From positions 7,077-71,076 of the IMG/VR virus record IMGVR_UViG_2767802050_000001: a stretch of DNA of 64,000 nucleotides. The stretch is one strand, 5' to 3'. Position numbers and translations under genes: made by a program. Of this stretch, positions 26,552-36,830 are shown in pieces. The first letter of the stretch is position 1; every line of letters starts with the position of its first letter. Source of the stretch: a virus. Its lineage: Duplodnaviria; Caudoviricetes. The notes under the pieces are model-generated. The model had not been told where the DNA came from. It worked only from the letters and a program-made list of their open reading frames with translations, and searched no databases.

Positions 26552-27166
26552 ATGACCCACCACAAGACCGCCACCATCACCGCCATCGGCATCCTCATCC
26601 TCAGCGGAACCGCCGCATGCAAAGACACCAGCAGCGGCAGCAGCACGAGCAGCGGGAAGACCACCACGGGCAGCAGCAAAGCCGCCGAGGCCAAGGCCAT
26701 CCCCAACTTCGTCGGCATGGGCCTCCAATCCGCCCAAGACACCGCCCAAACCGCCGGGTTCTACGCGCTGAAGTCCCACGACTCCCTCGGCCGGGACCGC
26801 AACCAGATCCTCGACCGGGACTGGAAGGTCTGCACCCAGAACATCGCGGCCGGAAAGACGGTACCGACGGACACCGAGCTGGACTTCGGCGCCGTAAAGC
26901 TCGACGAAACCTGCCCGACCAAGGACGAGAAGGCACCCTCGACGGCCGATGGGACGATGCCCGACTTCAAGGGCAAGTCGGTGAAGGCCGCACGCGCCGC
27001 CCTCGACTCCGGCACGTCGATCACCGTGAAGGACGCCAGCGAGCACCGGTTCATCCTCGTCGAGTCGAACTGGCAGGTGTGCAGCCAGAGCCCGGCCGCG
27101 GGCACCACGCTGAACGGGCAGCCGGTCGAGTTCACCGCGGTCAAGTTCGGGGAGTCCTGCCCCTGA
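26552..27166 (+). CDS. PASTA-domain lipoprotein
   Basis: Lipobox TAAC; two repeats IPNFVGMGLQSAQD / MPDFKGKSVKAAR...WxVCxQ. Confidence 0.85.
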   Translation: MTHHKTATITAIGILILSGTAACKDTSSGSSTSSGKTTTGSSKAAEAKAIPNFVGMGLQSAQDTAQTAGFYALKSHDSLGRDRNQILDRDWKVCTQNIAAGKTVPTDTELDFGAVKLDETCPTKDEKAPSTADGTMPDFKGKSVKAARAALDSGTSITVKDASEHRFILVESNWQVCSQSPAAGTTLNGQPVEFTAVKFGESCP

Positions 27167-27233
27167 ACGCGCCTGGGGCCCCGGGGTGTGCCGCCACAGC
27201 CACCCCGGGGCCCCTGCCCAGCCCGCCACTGCC

Positions 27234-27431
27234 CTAGTGACGCTTACGCCCCCGCGCTTGACGCGTGCGGGCGGCTTTCCTGGCCATCAGGCTGCGGGCT
27301 GCGTGAGTGCGGCCCTCGTTCGAGATCCTCGCGGCACGGGACTTCGACATGCCCTGACGTCGCAATGCGCGATACACGGCGAAGCGCGTCCGATAGACGA
27401 ACCCTGCCCTACCGCCTCGGTCGGATACCAT
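27234..27431 (-). CDS. Small basic protein
   Basis: VYRALRRQGMSKSRAARISN. Confidence 0.65.
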   Translation of the reverse strand: MVSDRGGRAGFVYRTRFAVYRALRRQGMSKSRAARISNEGRTHAARSLMARKAARTRQARGRKRH

Positions 27432-27481
27432 CGCCCGCCACCATCCAGCACGATCGAATCAAAGCCTCAACACTGCCATAG

Positions 27482-27499
27482 CCTACGATTCAAAGGTAC
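27482..27499 (+). promoter_or_regulatory. Candidate late promoter/operator motif, copy 1
   Basis: CCTACGATTCAAAGGTAC before terS; related copies at 29742 and 56151. Confidence 0.6.
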
Positions 27500-27521
27500 T
27501 CGGTCGTAGGAGGCATCCACC

Positions 27522-28121
27522 ATGGCCAACCCGAACCAAAACGTCCGCGGCCGCGGCGGCCGCTACATGCCCAGCCCAGAAACCGCCATCCGCGACGCCA
27601 AAGCCGCAGAGGTCCGCGCCAAAGGCCGCACCTACCAGCAGGTCGCCGACGAATGCGGCTACGCCAGCAGCCGCAGCGCCTGGGAAGCTGTACAACGCGC
27701 CATCGCCGCCGTACTGAAAGAGCCCGGCGAGGCGGTCCTGCACTTCGAGTTGGAGCGCCTCGACGCCGAACTCCTCCGCCTCGACGGCCTCGAAGCCGCC
27801 GCCCGCAAAGTCCTCACCGCCCGCCACATCACCGTCAGCAACGGCCGCGTCATCACCCACCCCGAAACCGGCGACCCCATGGAAGACGACGGCCCCGTCC
27901 TCCAAGCCATCGACCGCCTCATCAAGATCGAAGATGCCCGGCGCCGCAACGGGGAGAGGCGCGCCAAGCTCACCGGCATCGAGGCCGCGGTCAAGGTCGA
28001 CGCCACCGTGCACGAGGTGACGCAACAGGACCTCGAACTGCAGGAGATGCTCCGCGACGCCAAAGCCCGCGTCGCCGCCCAAGAGCAGGCGCTTCGGGAC
28101 GGCCCCGGCGGCGAGGCCTGA
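27522..28121 (+). CDS. terS: Terminase small subunit
   Basis: HTH (GRTYQQVADECGY), AIDRLIKI..RRAKLTG; directly upstream of terL. Confidence 0.85.
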   Translation: MANPNQNVRGRGGRYMPSPETAIRDAKAAEVRAKGRTYQQVADECGYASSRSAWEAVQRAIAAVLKEPGEAVLHFELERLDAELLRLDGLEAAARKVLTARHITVSNGRVITHPETGDPMEDDGPVLQAIDRLIKIEDARRRNGERRAKLTGIEAAVKVDATVHEVTQQDLELQEMLRDAKARVAAQEQALRDGPGGEA

Positions 28122-28123
28122 CC

Positions 28124-29677
28124 ATGACCACCGCCGCCCCGCCAGCGGCCGGCTACCTCGACGGCCTGGACGCCGAAACGTTCGACCTCCACACCTACCT
28201 CGCCCAGTTCGACGAACGCCTCCTCGCCGATCCCGAAGGTCGGCGCACCCTCACGCGTCTCGACCCCCTCCTGTTCGCCCTCGTCTACCTCAAGCACCAC
28301 CTCAAAGACGACGAAGGCCGGGTCACGTTCGGCGACGCCCACCTCGACTGGTGCCGCGCCGCCCGCCACTGGATCCGCCAACCCGCCGGCCCCGGCGAGA
28401 ACCGGCACGCCTACATCGCCCCCCGCAACATGGGCAAGTCCACGTGGTGGTTCCTCATCCTCCCCACCTGGGCCGCCGCCCACGGCCACGTCCGCTTCGC
28501 CGCCGCGTTCGCAATGGCTGCCGGCCCCGCGCAGACGCATCTCGCCACGTTCAAGCGGGAGATCGACACGAACGCGCTGCTCCGCCGCGACTACCCGAAG
28601 CTTTGCACCGCAGCCAAGCGTCCGTCCGGGACCAACATCGCGGACACCCAGTCCATGTACATGGCCGAGTCCGGCTTCGTCTTCGCGGCCCGCGGCATCG
28701 ACAGCAGCAATCTCGGTATGAAAGTCGGCGAGCAGCGCCCCGACCTCATCCTGTGCGATGACATTGAGCCCGACGAGAGCAGCTACGGCCCCGAACTGGC
28801 ACGCAAGCGGCGCACCACCCTCGTCGACGCGATCCTCCCCCTCAACGTGTACGCCCGCGTCGTCATCTCCGGGACCGTCACACTCCCCGGCAGCATCGTC
28901 CACCAGCTCGTCAAGCACGCCCGCGGCGTCGAGACCGCCGAGTGGATCCGGGACGAGGGGTTCGAAGCCCACTACACCCCGCCGATCATCAAGACGGCGG
29001 GCGGGTATGAACGGAGCGTGTGGCCGGCGAAGTGGCCGCTGTCCTACTTGAAGTCGATCGAGCACACCAGGTCGTTCGCGAAGAACTACGCCAACGACCC
29101 CATGGGCGCCGACGGTGACCTGTGGACGCCGGACGACTTCCGCTACCCCGGCGAGGAAGGCCCGGACCCGGTCACGCACATGATGCTGTCGATCGACCCG
29201 GCGGTCACGGCGAAACGCGCCTCGGACTTCACCGGCCTGGCCGTGGTGTCGTGGTCCGCGCAGACCCGGCGGTGCACGGTGCACGAGGCGCTCGCGGTGA
29301 AGATCCCGCCGGGTGAGCAGCTGCGTGAGCGGGTGCTGGCGCTGCTCGATGAGTGGCCGCGGATCGGTCTGGTGCTGATCGAGGTGAACCAGGGGCACGA
29401 CGTGTGGAAGGCGATCCTGCACGACATGCCGGTGAAGGTGAAGCCGGTCAGTCAGACCGAGCCGAAGTTCGTGCGCGCGGAGGGCGTGCTGGGCTACTAC
29501 CAGCGGGGCCGGGTGCTGCACGCGCGCAGGCTGCGGGAGTTGGAGGAGCAGATGTGCGCGTTCCCGAAGGCTCCGAACGATGACCTTGTGGATGCGGCGG
29601 GGAGTGCGATCCGCAGATTCATCCCGCCGGAGAAGAAGCAGGCGGCGCCGAGCGCTGCGCGCGCCAGCTACGTGTGA
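28124..29677 (+). CDS. terL: Terminase large subunit
   Basis: APRNMGKST Walker A, LILCDD Walker B, SIDPA nuclease, FPKAPNDDLVDA. Confidence 0.95.
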   Translation: MTTAAPPAAGYLDGLDAETFDLHTYLAQFDERLLADPEGRRTLTRLDPLLFALVYLKHHLKDDEGRVTFGDAHLDWCRAARHWIRQPAGPGENRHAYIAPRNMGKSTWWFLILPTWAAAHGHVRFAAAFAMAAGPAQTHLATFKREIDTNALLRRDYPKLCTAAKRPSGTNIADTQSMYMAESGFVFAARGIDSSNLGMKVGEQRPDLILCDDIEPDESSYGPELARKRRTTLVDAILPLNVYARVVISGTVTLPGSIVHQLVKHARGVETAEWIRDEGFEAHYTPPIIKTAGGYERSVWPAKWPLSYLKSIEHTRSFAKNYANDPMGADGDLWTPDDFRYPGEEGPDPVTHMMLSIDPAVTAKRASDFTGLAVVSWSAQTRRCTVHEALAVKIPPGEQLRERVLALLDEWPRIGLVLIEVNQGHDVWKAILHDMPVKVKPVSQTEPKFVRAEGVLGYYQRGRVLHARRLRELEEQMCAFPKAPNDDLVDAAGSAIRRFIPPEKKQAAPSAARASYV

Positions 29678-29741
29678 TCCGTGGATTCGATGGTGAAGGC
29701 CTTCCTGTTGCGGTACTGGCGGGCTTGAAGTGAGCGGCTAT

Positions 29742-29757
29742 CCTTCGATTCAAAGGT
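29742..29757 (+). promoter_or_regulatory. Late motif copy 2
   Basis: CCTTCGATTCAAAGGT before portal. Confidence 0.55.
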
Positions 29758-29775
29758 CACGTCTGGGAGGTCGCA

Positions 29776-31302
29776 TTGGATGACGAGCACGTCGACCTCA
29801 TGTACGGCATCGCCGAACTGAGAGAGTCCCGCCCCGCCTACGACCAGGCGCAGACCTACTACGACGGCAAAGTCCCCGAGGTCTTCACCTCCATCCGTTT
29901 GCGCCGCGCCCTCGCCGTCCACGACATCGACTTCGATCTGAACTTTGCGAAGACCCCCGTCAACGCCGTCACCAACCGGCTGAAAATCGCCTCAATCACG
30001 AGCCCCGACGAGGCGACGAACACCCTCATCTCCCAGATCTGGCAGGACAACCAGCTCAACCTGGAGATGAAGAACCTGTTCCGGCGGGCCGGCGAGTACG
30101 GCGACGCCTACCTCATGGTCCTGCCCGTCGAGGACGACAAGGGCAACGTCGTTCGCGTCGAGATGTTCTACAACTCCCCGCAGACCGTCCGGGTGATCTA
30201 CGCCGAGGACAACCCGCGCCGTAAGGCGTACACGATCAAGAAGTGGTGTGAGGGTAAGTACCAGCGCGCCGAGCTGTACTACGACGACCGCACCGAACGC
30301 TGGACGACCGGCGAGAACTCCGACGGCAGCAAGCCCGGCGACTGGCTGCACTGGCCCGCCGACCCGGAGGACCCGGAGTCGTGGTTCCTCCCGCACGAGT
30401 GGGGCGAGCAGCCCGTCTTCCATTTCAGGACGGACAGGCCGTATGGGGTGCCGGAGCATTACGGCGCCTACGGCCCGCAGAACGCGATCACCAAACTCCA
30501 GGCCACGCATATGGGGACGGTCGACTACCAGGGCGCACCCCAGCGGTACGCCCTGACCGAGACCGCGACCACGGACACCAGCGACCTGGAGCCCGGCGAC
30601 TTCGATGACGGCGACTGGCCCCTCGACGAGAACGGTGTAGGCCCGTCCGACTCTGGCGCCGACTCCAGCCTGAAGGCCGGCCCGGGTGAGATGTGGCTGC
30701 TCCGCGGCTACAAGAGCGTGGGCCAGTTCGACGCGGCAGACCCGGACGTGTTCCTCAACCCGATTCAGTTCAACGTGCGGGCGATGGCGCAGATCACCGA
30801 GACGCCTCTGCGCATGTTCGATCCGCAGTCCTCCAGTCAGCGCTCTGGGGTTTCCTTCCAGGAGGAGGACAGCCCTTTCATCAGCAAGATCGAGGACCGG
30901 CAGACGGGCTATGGAGCGGAGACGCACGCCGCCTTCGTGTTCGCGCTGCGCCGCCTCGGCATCGAGGACCCGGTCGTCACCGTCGACTGGGTGCCTGCCC
31001 GGTCGGTGTCGTCCGCGGAGGGCTGGCAGACCGTCAAAGCCAAGATCGACGCCGGAGTGCCGCGCCGGCAGGCCCTCATGGAGGCCGGCTACCGCGCCGA
31101 GCAGGTCGACTCCTGGCTTGCTGGGGTCGACGACGCGGAACTGCAGCGGCGGGTCGACGTCCTCGCCTCCCTCGCCGACTCGGCGCAGAAGCTGGGCACG
31201 GCGAAGACGTTGGGCGTCATCACCGAGGAGCAGGTCGCCGCGCTGATGGCCGGCGCGATCGACGACCTCGAAGCCCTCGCCACGGCGCAGGAGGAGTCCT
31301 GA
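29776..31302 (+). CDS. Portal protein (SPP1 gp6-like)
   Basis: YYDGK...NFAKTPV...YGDAYLMV; position after terL. Confidence 0.92.
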   Translation: MDDEHVDLMYGIAELRESRPAYDQAQTYYDGKVPEVFTSIRLRRALAVHDIDFDLNFAKTPVNAVTNRLKIASITSPDEATNTLISQIWQDNQLNLEMKNLFRRAGEYGDAYLMVLPVEDDKGNVVRVEMFYNSPQTVRVIYAEDNPRRKAYTIKKWCEGKYQRAELYYDDRTERWTTGENSDGSKPGDWLHWPADPEDPESWFLPHEWGEQPVFHFRTDRPYGVPEHYGAYGPQNAITKLQATHMGTVDYQGAPQRYALTETATTDTSDLEPGDFDDGDWPLDENGVGPSDSGADSSLKAGPGEMWLLRGYKSVGQFDAADPDVFLNPIQFNVRAMAQITETPLRMFDPQSSSQRSGVSFQEEDSPFISKIEDRQTGYGAETHAAFVFALRRLGIEDPVVTVDWVPARSVSSAEGWQTVKAKIDAGVPRRQALMEAGYRAEQVDSWLAGVDDAELQRRVDVLASLADSAQKLGTAKTLGVITEEQVAALMAGAIDDLEALATAQEES

Positions 31303-32318
31303 TGCCGTACCGCAGCAAGCACCTCGCCGCCCTCGTCCAAGGCGATCACACCAGTGAAGTCGTCGACTTGGAGGACGAGATCACCGGCCAGGCGCTGCGC
31401 GGTACGGACCGGGCGTTCGAGGAGCTGATTCGCCGGATCCTCGACGCGTGGACCCGGGCGTTCGGCGGCCCCGCCCAACCCGCTATGTCGGGCGGCGCGC
31501 TACGCCAGATCCTCGCCACAGCGCAGGCCGCGGTGCGTCGCCTCCTCAGCGATATCGCCGACCGCGCACCCGGTGCGCTCTCCGACAAGCTCGGGCCGGC
31601 CCTCGCGTTGGGGGTGCGTCAGGGCACGGAGTTCGTGCGTGCCGCGTCGGGGCGCCGCGAGTCCGAGCCGCGGGTGCCGGTGGTGGGTCGTGTGCTGCGT
31701 GCTGAAGCGCATCGGCTGCGGGACATGGTGACGGAGCGCCGGGACCGAGCCTTGTTTCTGCTGCATCCGGATCGTGTCCACCGGTGGTCGCAGATGCTGG
31801 CCGGGCTAGGGGCTGCTCGGGCCGCGATTCCCGCCGTCCGCGCGCACATCGCCTGGGTCATCAACACCGCCGTGCACGAAGGCCTGGACGCTGTCGTCCG
31901 GGCGACTGCCCCGCTGCGGCTGTGGGTGTCGGAGGCGGATGCGTGCGTGCGCTGCCTCGCCTACACCGGCCGTGTCGTGGCCGCGGATCAGCCGTTCCCG
32001 GGCGGTCTGTCGTGGGATCCGCGCCAGCGCGCCGCCCGCCTGCCGGGTGTGGAAGGCCCGCCCCTGCACAGCCACTGCCGCTGCCGCGCGGTGCCGTGGG
32101 ACGACGCGTGGACCACTGCCGGGATCCCGTTCCCACTCGCCCTGCGGCGTGAGGCGCACCGGTCGATCGCCTACGGCCGCGCCCGCCCCTCCGAGTCCCG
32201 CGCCGCCCGCCTGCGAGCCGTCCGCGAACTCCTGCGCACCGAACCCGACCTGCTGCCCGCGGTCGAAGCCCGAGCCCGCACCGCACTCCAAGCCGGCCGA
32301 TTCCCGGCCGCCGCATAA
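31302..32318 (+). CDS. MuF-like minor head protein
   Basis: W..E.DAC..C...PPLHSHCRC. Confidence 0.8.
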   Translation: MPYRSKHLAALVQGDHTSEVVDLEDEITGQALRGTDRAFEELIRRILDAWTRAFGGPAQPAMSGGALRQILATAQAAVRRLLSDIADRAPGALSDKLGPALALGVRQGTEFVRAASGRRESEPRVPVVGRVLRAEAHRLRDMVTERRDRALFLLHPDRVHRWSQMLAGLGAARAAIPAVRAHIAWVINTAVHEGLDAVVRATAPLRLWVSEADACVRCLAYTGRVVAADQPFPGGLSWDPRQRAARLPGVEGPPLHSHCRCRAVPWDDAWTTAGIPFPLALRREAHRSIAYGRARPSESRAARLRAVRELLRTEPDLLPAVEARARTALQAGRFPAAA

Positions 32319-32371
32319 AGCCCGGTCCCCGCGATGGGCGACCGAACACCACCCCCGTGATGGAGGAACAG

Positions 32372-33154
32372 ATGGGCATCCACCCCAACACCGACCACCC
32401 CGACGCGATCAGCCTGCCCCCGGGCACGATCCTCGGCTACCGCGCTGACGGCCGCCCGATCCACGTCATCGCTGGCGGCGCGGAGACCGACGACGAGCCC
32501 GACATTGAGGTCGAGGTCGACGACGAGCCCGAGGCGGAGACGGACGAAGAGCCGGAGCCCGACGAGGCACCGAAGCCCAAGCCCCCGGCGCAGAAGACGG
32601 AGCCGAAGCCCGAGGACGACGACTACACGCCGCCGTCGAAGACAGAATGGGCGAAGGCGCAGGCCGCGCTGAAGAAGGCCAACGAAGACGCCAAGCGCCA
32701 CCGGCTCCGTAACAAGGAGCTGGAGGACAAGGCCCGCGGCGACGAGTCCGAGCACGAGAAGGCGCTCCGTGAGGCCCGCGAGGAAGGCGAACGCCGCTAC
32801 CGGGCACCGCTCGTCCAGACCGCGGCCCGCTCCGCGCTCGTCGAAGCCGGGGCGCTCGCGTTCCTCCAGGACGAGAAGGACCCCGAATCCCAGGGGGCCC
32901 GGGAGAAGGGCGAGTCGCGGCTGAAGCGGCTGCTGAAGCTGGTCGACACCGACGCCCTGGACGTCGACGACGACGGCTCCGTGTCCGGTCTGGAGGCGGC
33001 GGTGGATGAGCTGCGCCGGGACTACCCGGAGCTGTTTTCTGCGCCGGCGCGGCGGGTGAAGGCGCGGCCGACGGGTGCGCCTCGTCCGGCGGCGGTGGAG
33101 CAGCCGAAGTCGACGGCGGAGAGGCACGCGCAGCGGATCCTCGGCAAGGCTTGA
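32372..33154 (+). CDS. Head scaffolding protein
   Basis: Acidic N-terminus, coiled coil, YPELF; before major capsid. Confidence 0.85.
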   Translation: MGIHPNTDHPDAISLPPGTILGYRADGRPIHVIAGGAETDDEPDIEVEVDDEPEAETDEEPEPDEAPKPKPPAQKTEPKPEDDDYTPPSKTEWAKAQAALKKANEDAKRHRLRNKELEDKARGDESEHEKALREAREEGERRYRAPLVQTAARSALVEAGALAFLQDEKDPESQGAREKGESRLKRLLKLVDTDALDVDDDGSVSGLEAAVDELRRDYPELFSAPARRVKARPTGAPRPAAVEQPKSTAERHAQRILGKA

Positions 33155-33282
33155 CAGCCGCAGGTATATTCATCACCAGGTGAATTGCTCCGCGATGGAG
33201 CGACCACCGCCTTTTGCGAAGGCGCCCGTGATGGGGCCGCGCTGACCAGCACCCCCATCACGTCGCCCGCAGGAGGGCCCCC

Positions 33283-34197
33283 GTGGCACGCAATACCCTT
33301 GAGGCATGGATCCCGGAGGAGTACGAGTCCTCCCGCGTCATCCAGGCGATCAATCAGATGTCCGCGGTTGAGGCGCTCGCCTCCCGCATCCCGATGGGCT
33401 CCGACACCAAGCACGTACCGCGTACCGCGGGCATGGGCGTGGACGTCGTCGCTAAGGGCGGGGCCTACGGCGAGGACACGTCCCTCAACGACGAGGTCCT
33501 GCTGACGGCGCGCAAGTTCGGCAAGGCCGCGCGCATCGCGGAAGAGGACATCGACGACTCGGTGGCGAACGTCATCGAAGCGAAGATGCTCGGCTGGGGC
33601 CGCTCCTACGCCAAGATGATCGACAACGCGTCCCTCGCGGTCAGCGCTGCGGAGAACGGCACCACGATCCCGTTCACCAGCCTGTACCAGCTGCTCAACA
33701 CCACGGACGCCACGCTCTCCTACACGGGCGGCACGAACATCACCACCGCCGCCAGCACCGGCATCCCGACCTACGGCGAGTTCTCCACCGCGATCGGCAA
33801 CGTCGAGTCCGGGGACTACTTCGATCCCGGTGCCATGGTTGCGATCGCGCACCCGGCGTTCCGTAAGAGCCTGCGTGGTGTCGTCGACGGCCAGTCCCGC
33901 CCGATCTTCAACGAGAACGGGCAGGGCACCCCGGACACCATCTTCGGTGTCTCGGTCCGCTGGTCCCTCGGCGCGAAGATCTCCGCGACCGCCACCAGCG
34001 CCCCGACCGGCCGTCCGATCATGGCGTTCGTCAACCCCGAGCTGCTCCTCCTCGGCGTCCGCTCCGGCCCCGAGTCCGTGTTCATCGACGGACGCGACGG
34101 CCTCTCCGCGCTGACGGACGAGTCGATCCTCAAGATGCGCGCCCGCCGCGGCTTCGCCTACGGCCACCCGGGCGGCGCAGCGATCCTCGTCGGCTGA
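33283..34197 (+). CDS. Major capsid protein (HK97 fold)
   Basis: WIPEE..., LTARKFG, DGQSRPIF, terminal RRGF..HP.AAIL. Confidence 0.92.
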   Translation: MARNTLEAWIPEEYESSRVIQAINQMSAVEALASRIPMGSDTKHVPRTAGMGVDVVAKGGAYGEDTSLNDEVLLTARKFGKAARIAEEDIDDSVANVIEAKMLGWGRSYAKMIDNASLAVSAAENGTTIPFTSLYQLLNTTDATLSYTGGTNITTAASTGIPTYGEFSTAIGNVESGDYFDPGAMVAIAHPAFRKSLRGVVDGQSRPIFNENGQGTPDTIFGVSVRWSLGAKISATATSAPTGRPIMAFVNPELLLLGVRSGPESVFIDGRDGLSALTDESILKMRARRGFAYGHPGGAAILVG

Positions 34198-34264
34198 CCC
34201 ACCCCCGATACCCCGCACCGCCCGTGGCTCCGGGCGGTGCGGCGGCAAGGCAGGGAGGTGAGCC

Positions 34265-34723
34265 ATGGCAGCACGGAAGACCACCAGCAGCAGCAAGACC
34301 ACGGCCGAGCAGACGCAGCCCGCCAAGGACGAGGACCGCGAGCAGCTTCGGCAGCGGCAGTTCCCGGCGAAGGTCGGCGCTCCGGCAGTCGAGGTCGACG
34401 AGCGCTCCGCCGACGGCGCGGAGGGCACCCGATACGTCAAGACGTTCGTCGTCCACGGCGACAGCTGGACGGGCGAGGAATACCAGCACGAGGCCAACAA
34501 GGCGGCCGTCGCGAACGAGGCGATCCAGCGCGGCCTCCACCCCCGCGGCGAGGCCAGCTTCTACGGCGACGAGGACCACGAGGACGGCGTATCCGTCGTC
34601 CTCACCTACTCCGTCGAGACCGTCCCGTCGTCGGTCGACCACGCACCGGAGGACACGACCACGCCCCGCGACGTGATCGAGGCCGACGGCAAGGACACCA
34701 GCAGCAGCAAGCTGGAGCCCTGA
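34265..34723 (+). CDS. Hypothetical virion-associated protein
   Basis: RBS GGAGGTG; position after capsid. Confidence 0.75.
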   Translation: MAARKTTSSSKTTAEQTQPAKDEDREQLRQRQFPAKVGAPAVEVDERSADGAEGTRYVKTFVVHGDSWTGEEYQHEANKAAVANEAIQRGLHPRGEASFYGDEDHEDGVSVVLTYSVETVPSSVDHAPEDTTTPRDVIEADGKDTSSSKLEP

Positions 34724-34724
34724 C

Positions 34725-35165
34725 GTGGACGCCTGGGCGAGCACACAGGACGTCATCGACGCCACCGGCGTGTCCGTGACGGACCAGCAGCTTGCCCAGG
34801 CGCAGGCCGCGATCGAGGTCTTCAGCAACCGCATCTACCCCGACCAGGATCGGATGCGGACACGAGACCTCTACTGGCTGGGCCGGGCCGTCGCCTACCA
34901 GGCCGCATGGATGGCAGGTCAGTTCGGGCTGGAGTCGCGGTTGGATGCCACGCAAATCCAGCAGGATCAGGTCTCCTCCACCCTGACGGGCGACGGCCTG
35001 GTCCTCGCACCCATGGCCGCCCGCGCCTTGCGCAAGGTGTCGTGGATGCGATCCCGGACCGTGCACGTCCGCTCCGCAATCGAAGGCGCGGGCCCAGTGG
35101 GGACCGTCCTGTCGGACGCTGCGGACGACTCGCTGGTCTGGGCCCCCTACCACGGGGGTGCGTGA
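34725..35165 (+). CDS. Head-tail connector/adaptor
   Basis: Synteny; AVAYQAAW. Confidence 0.7.
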   Translation: MDAWASTQDVIDATGVSVTDQQLAQAQAAIEVFSNRIYPDQDRMRTRDLYWLGRAVAYQAAWMAGQFGLESRLDATQIQQDQVSSTLTGDGLVLAPMAARALRKVSWMRSRTVHVRSAIEGAGPVGTVLSDAADDSLVWAPYHGGA

Positions 35166-35494
35166 TGCAGGCCATCGCCACCACCCGCGTCAGCATCATC
35201 CGCGGCACCACCACCGACGCCTACGGCGACGAGCAAGACACCGACACCCCCGTCTGCACCGGGGTCCCGGCCAGCCTGACCGAGCAGTCCCGCCGCGTCA
35301 CCAGCCGCGACGACCCCACCCCCCGCATCGTCCGCTACGCCGTGGCCCGCGTCCCGGCAGGCACCGACGTCACCGACCAGGACCGGCTCCTCGACGAGCG
35401 GACCGGCGCCACCTACATCGTCGACGCGACCTCGTCGATGGCGAACCCCGCATCGGTGCCGGACATCCGGCTCGACCTGCGGCGCACCACCTAA
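35165..35494 (+). CDS. Head closure/stopper protein
   Basis: TDAYGDE...DVTDQDRL; synteny. Confidence 0.7.
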   Translation: MQAIATTRVSIIRGTTTDAYGDEQDTDTPVCTGVPASLTEQSRRVTSRDDPTPRIVRYAVARVPAGTDVTDQDRLLDERTGATYIVDATSSMANPASVPDIRLDLRRTT

Positions 35495-35567
35495 CAGCAC
35501 ACGGGGCCACATGCCTGGGGAGACCAGGCGGCCCGCACGAGACCACTCTCTGGAGAGGAGGGCGGCC

Positions 35568-35939
35568 ATGGCACGATCCGGGATTCGGATCGATCCTTCC
35601 GCGCGAGCGCATGTCGACGCGGCGACCAACGAGTGGATGCAGGACGTCATCGGCGACGCCATCCTCGGAGATGCCCGCGACTACGTACACAAGCGCAGTG
35701 GCCGCCTGCATGACTCGTTGCGTGCCGAGTGCCACGACAAGGTGTTGCGCGTCGGCTCGCTGGACTGCAACTACGCCACCGACGTCGAGATGGGCACGGC
35801 CCCGCACGTCATCCTCCCGCGGAACAAAAAGGCCTTGTACTGGCCGGGGGCCGCGCATCCGGTGGCGCGCGTCAATCACCCCGGCACCGCGCCCATGCCC
35901 TACCTCCGGCCGGCTCTGTTCCAGCGGAGGACGGCATGA
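35568..35939 (+). CDS. HK97 gp10-like tail component
   Basis: SGRLHDS...YATDVEMGT...PYLRPAL. Confidence 0.8.
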   Translation: MARSGIRIDPSARAHVDAATNEWMQDVIGDAILGDARDYVHKRSGRLHDSLRAECHDKVLRVGSLDCNYATDVEMGTAPHVILPRNKKALYWPGAAHPVARVNHPGTAPMPYLRPALFQRRTA

Positions 35940-36400
35940 CGACGCCTGTGCTGCGCGCGACGCCCGAGCTGGTGGCAACGGCCTGGCTGTCCACGGTCGT
36001 CGGTGACCGCGTCGCCACCACCCTCCCCAAGCCGGGCGTGGACGGAACCCTGTCGTGGGCTGACGGCGGGTTCGTCACTCTCGTCGTCGCAGGCGGGTCG
36101 TCGAACATCTACGTGCCGTTGCGTACCCCGGTGATGGGCGTGTCCTGCTGGGCCGCCAACCCGACCTCGCAGAAGCCGCCGTGGAACCAGGCCGCCACTC
36201 TGGCTGAGGCGATCGTCGCAGCCTGCCTCGACCACCCGAGCATCCCGCAGACGCTCACCCTGCCCGGCAGCTACCCCAGCGTGCAGGTCAAGTCGGCCTA
36301 CGTGGTGGGTGACCCGCGCAGGATCACAGACGACGCCTCCTCCTACGCCCGCTACGACATCCCCGGCCTCGTCATCGCCTGGACGGAGGTCCCGTCATGA
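35936..36400 (+). CDS. Tail terminator
   Basis: Synteny before major tail protein. Confidence 0.65.
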   Translation: MTTPVLRATPELVATAWLSTVVGDRVATTLPKPGVDGTLSWADGGFVTLVVAGGSSNIYVPLRTPVMGVSCWAANPTSQKPPWNQAATLAEAIVAACLDHPSIPQTLTLPGSYPSVQVKSAYVVGDPRRITDDASSYARYDIPGLVIAWTEVPS

Positions 36401-36627
36401 GCCGTCGGTACGCGATCCAAGCCACCGCACTCGGCGGCGACCTCCTCACCTGGAACGGGCGCGTCATCGTCCACAACAGCCGGGGCGAGCTGGAGTTCCT
36501 GATCACCGGGCCCGTCCGCATCGTCGACTGCCCGCGGAGCATCCCGCCCGAGCAGACCATCGAGCTGCGCTTCCACCCGCAGTTCTCCCACCACCAGTTC
36601 CCCCTCGTGAGGAGTGCCTACCGATGA
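36397..36627 (+). CDS. Hypothetical protein
   Basis: ATGA overlap, RBS GGAGG. Confidence 0.65.
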   Translation: MSRRYAIQATALGGDLLTWNGRVIVHNSRGELEFLITGPVRIVDCPRSIPPEQTIELRFHPQFSHHQFPLVRSAYR

Positions 36628-36827
36628 GTCGCACTGTCCGGACCACCATGCAGCCCGACCGGGACATCGAGGTCGACGACGCCGAGTACCTCGACCTGCA
36701 GCGGATGGGGCTCCTCGTCGACGACGACGGCACCGAGCCCGAACCCCCGGCCACGGCAGCGCCCCCGCTGCCGGTCAACCCCGCGAAGAAGCCCACCGCC
36801 GGCCCGGCCGGAAGCAAGGAGAACTGA
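36624..36827 (+). CDS. Small virion-associated protein
   Basis: VRTTMQPD..IEV...EYLDL...GLL. Confidence 0.7.
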   Translation: MSRTVRTTMQPDRDIEVDDAEYLDLQRMGLLVDDDGTEPEPPATAAPPLPVNPAKKPTAGPAGSKEN

Positions 36828-36830
36828 CCA

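Noticed and set aside
33151-33170. TTGACA...TATATT promoter before the capsid gene
   Set aside because: Spacer is only 8 nt, and TTGACA overlaps the scaffold stop codon
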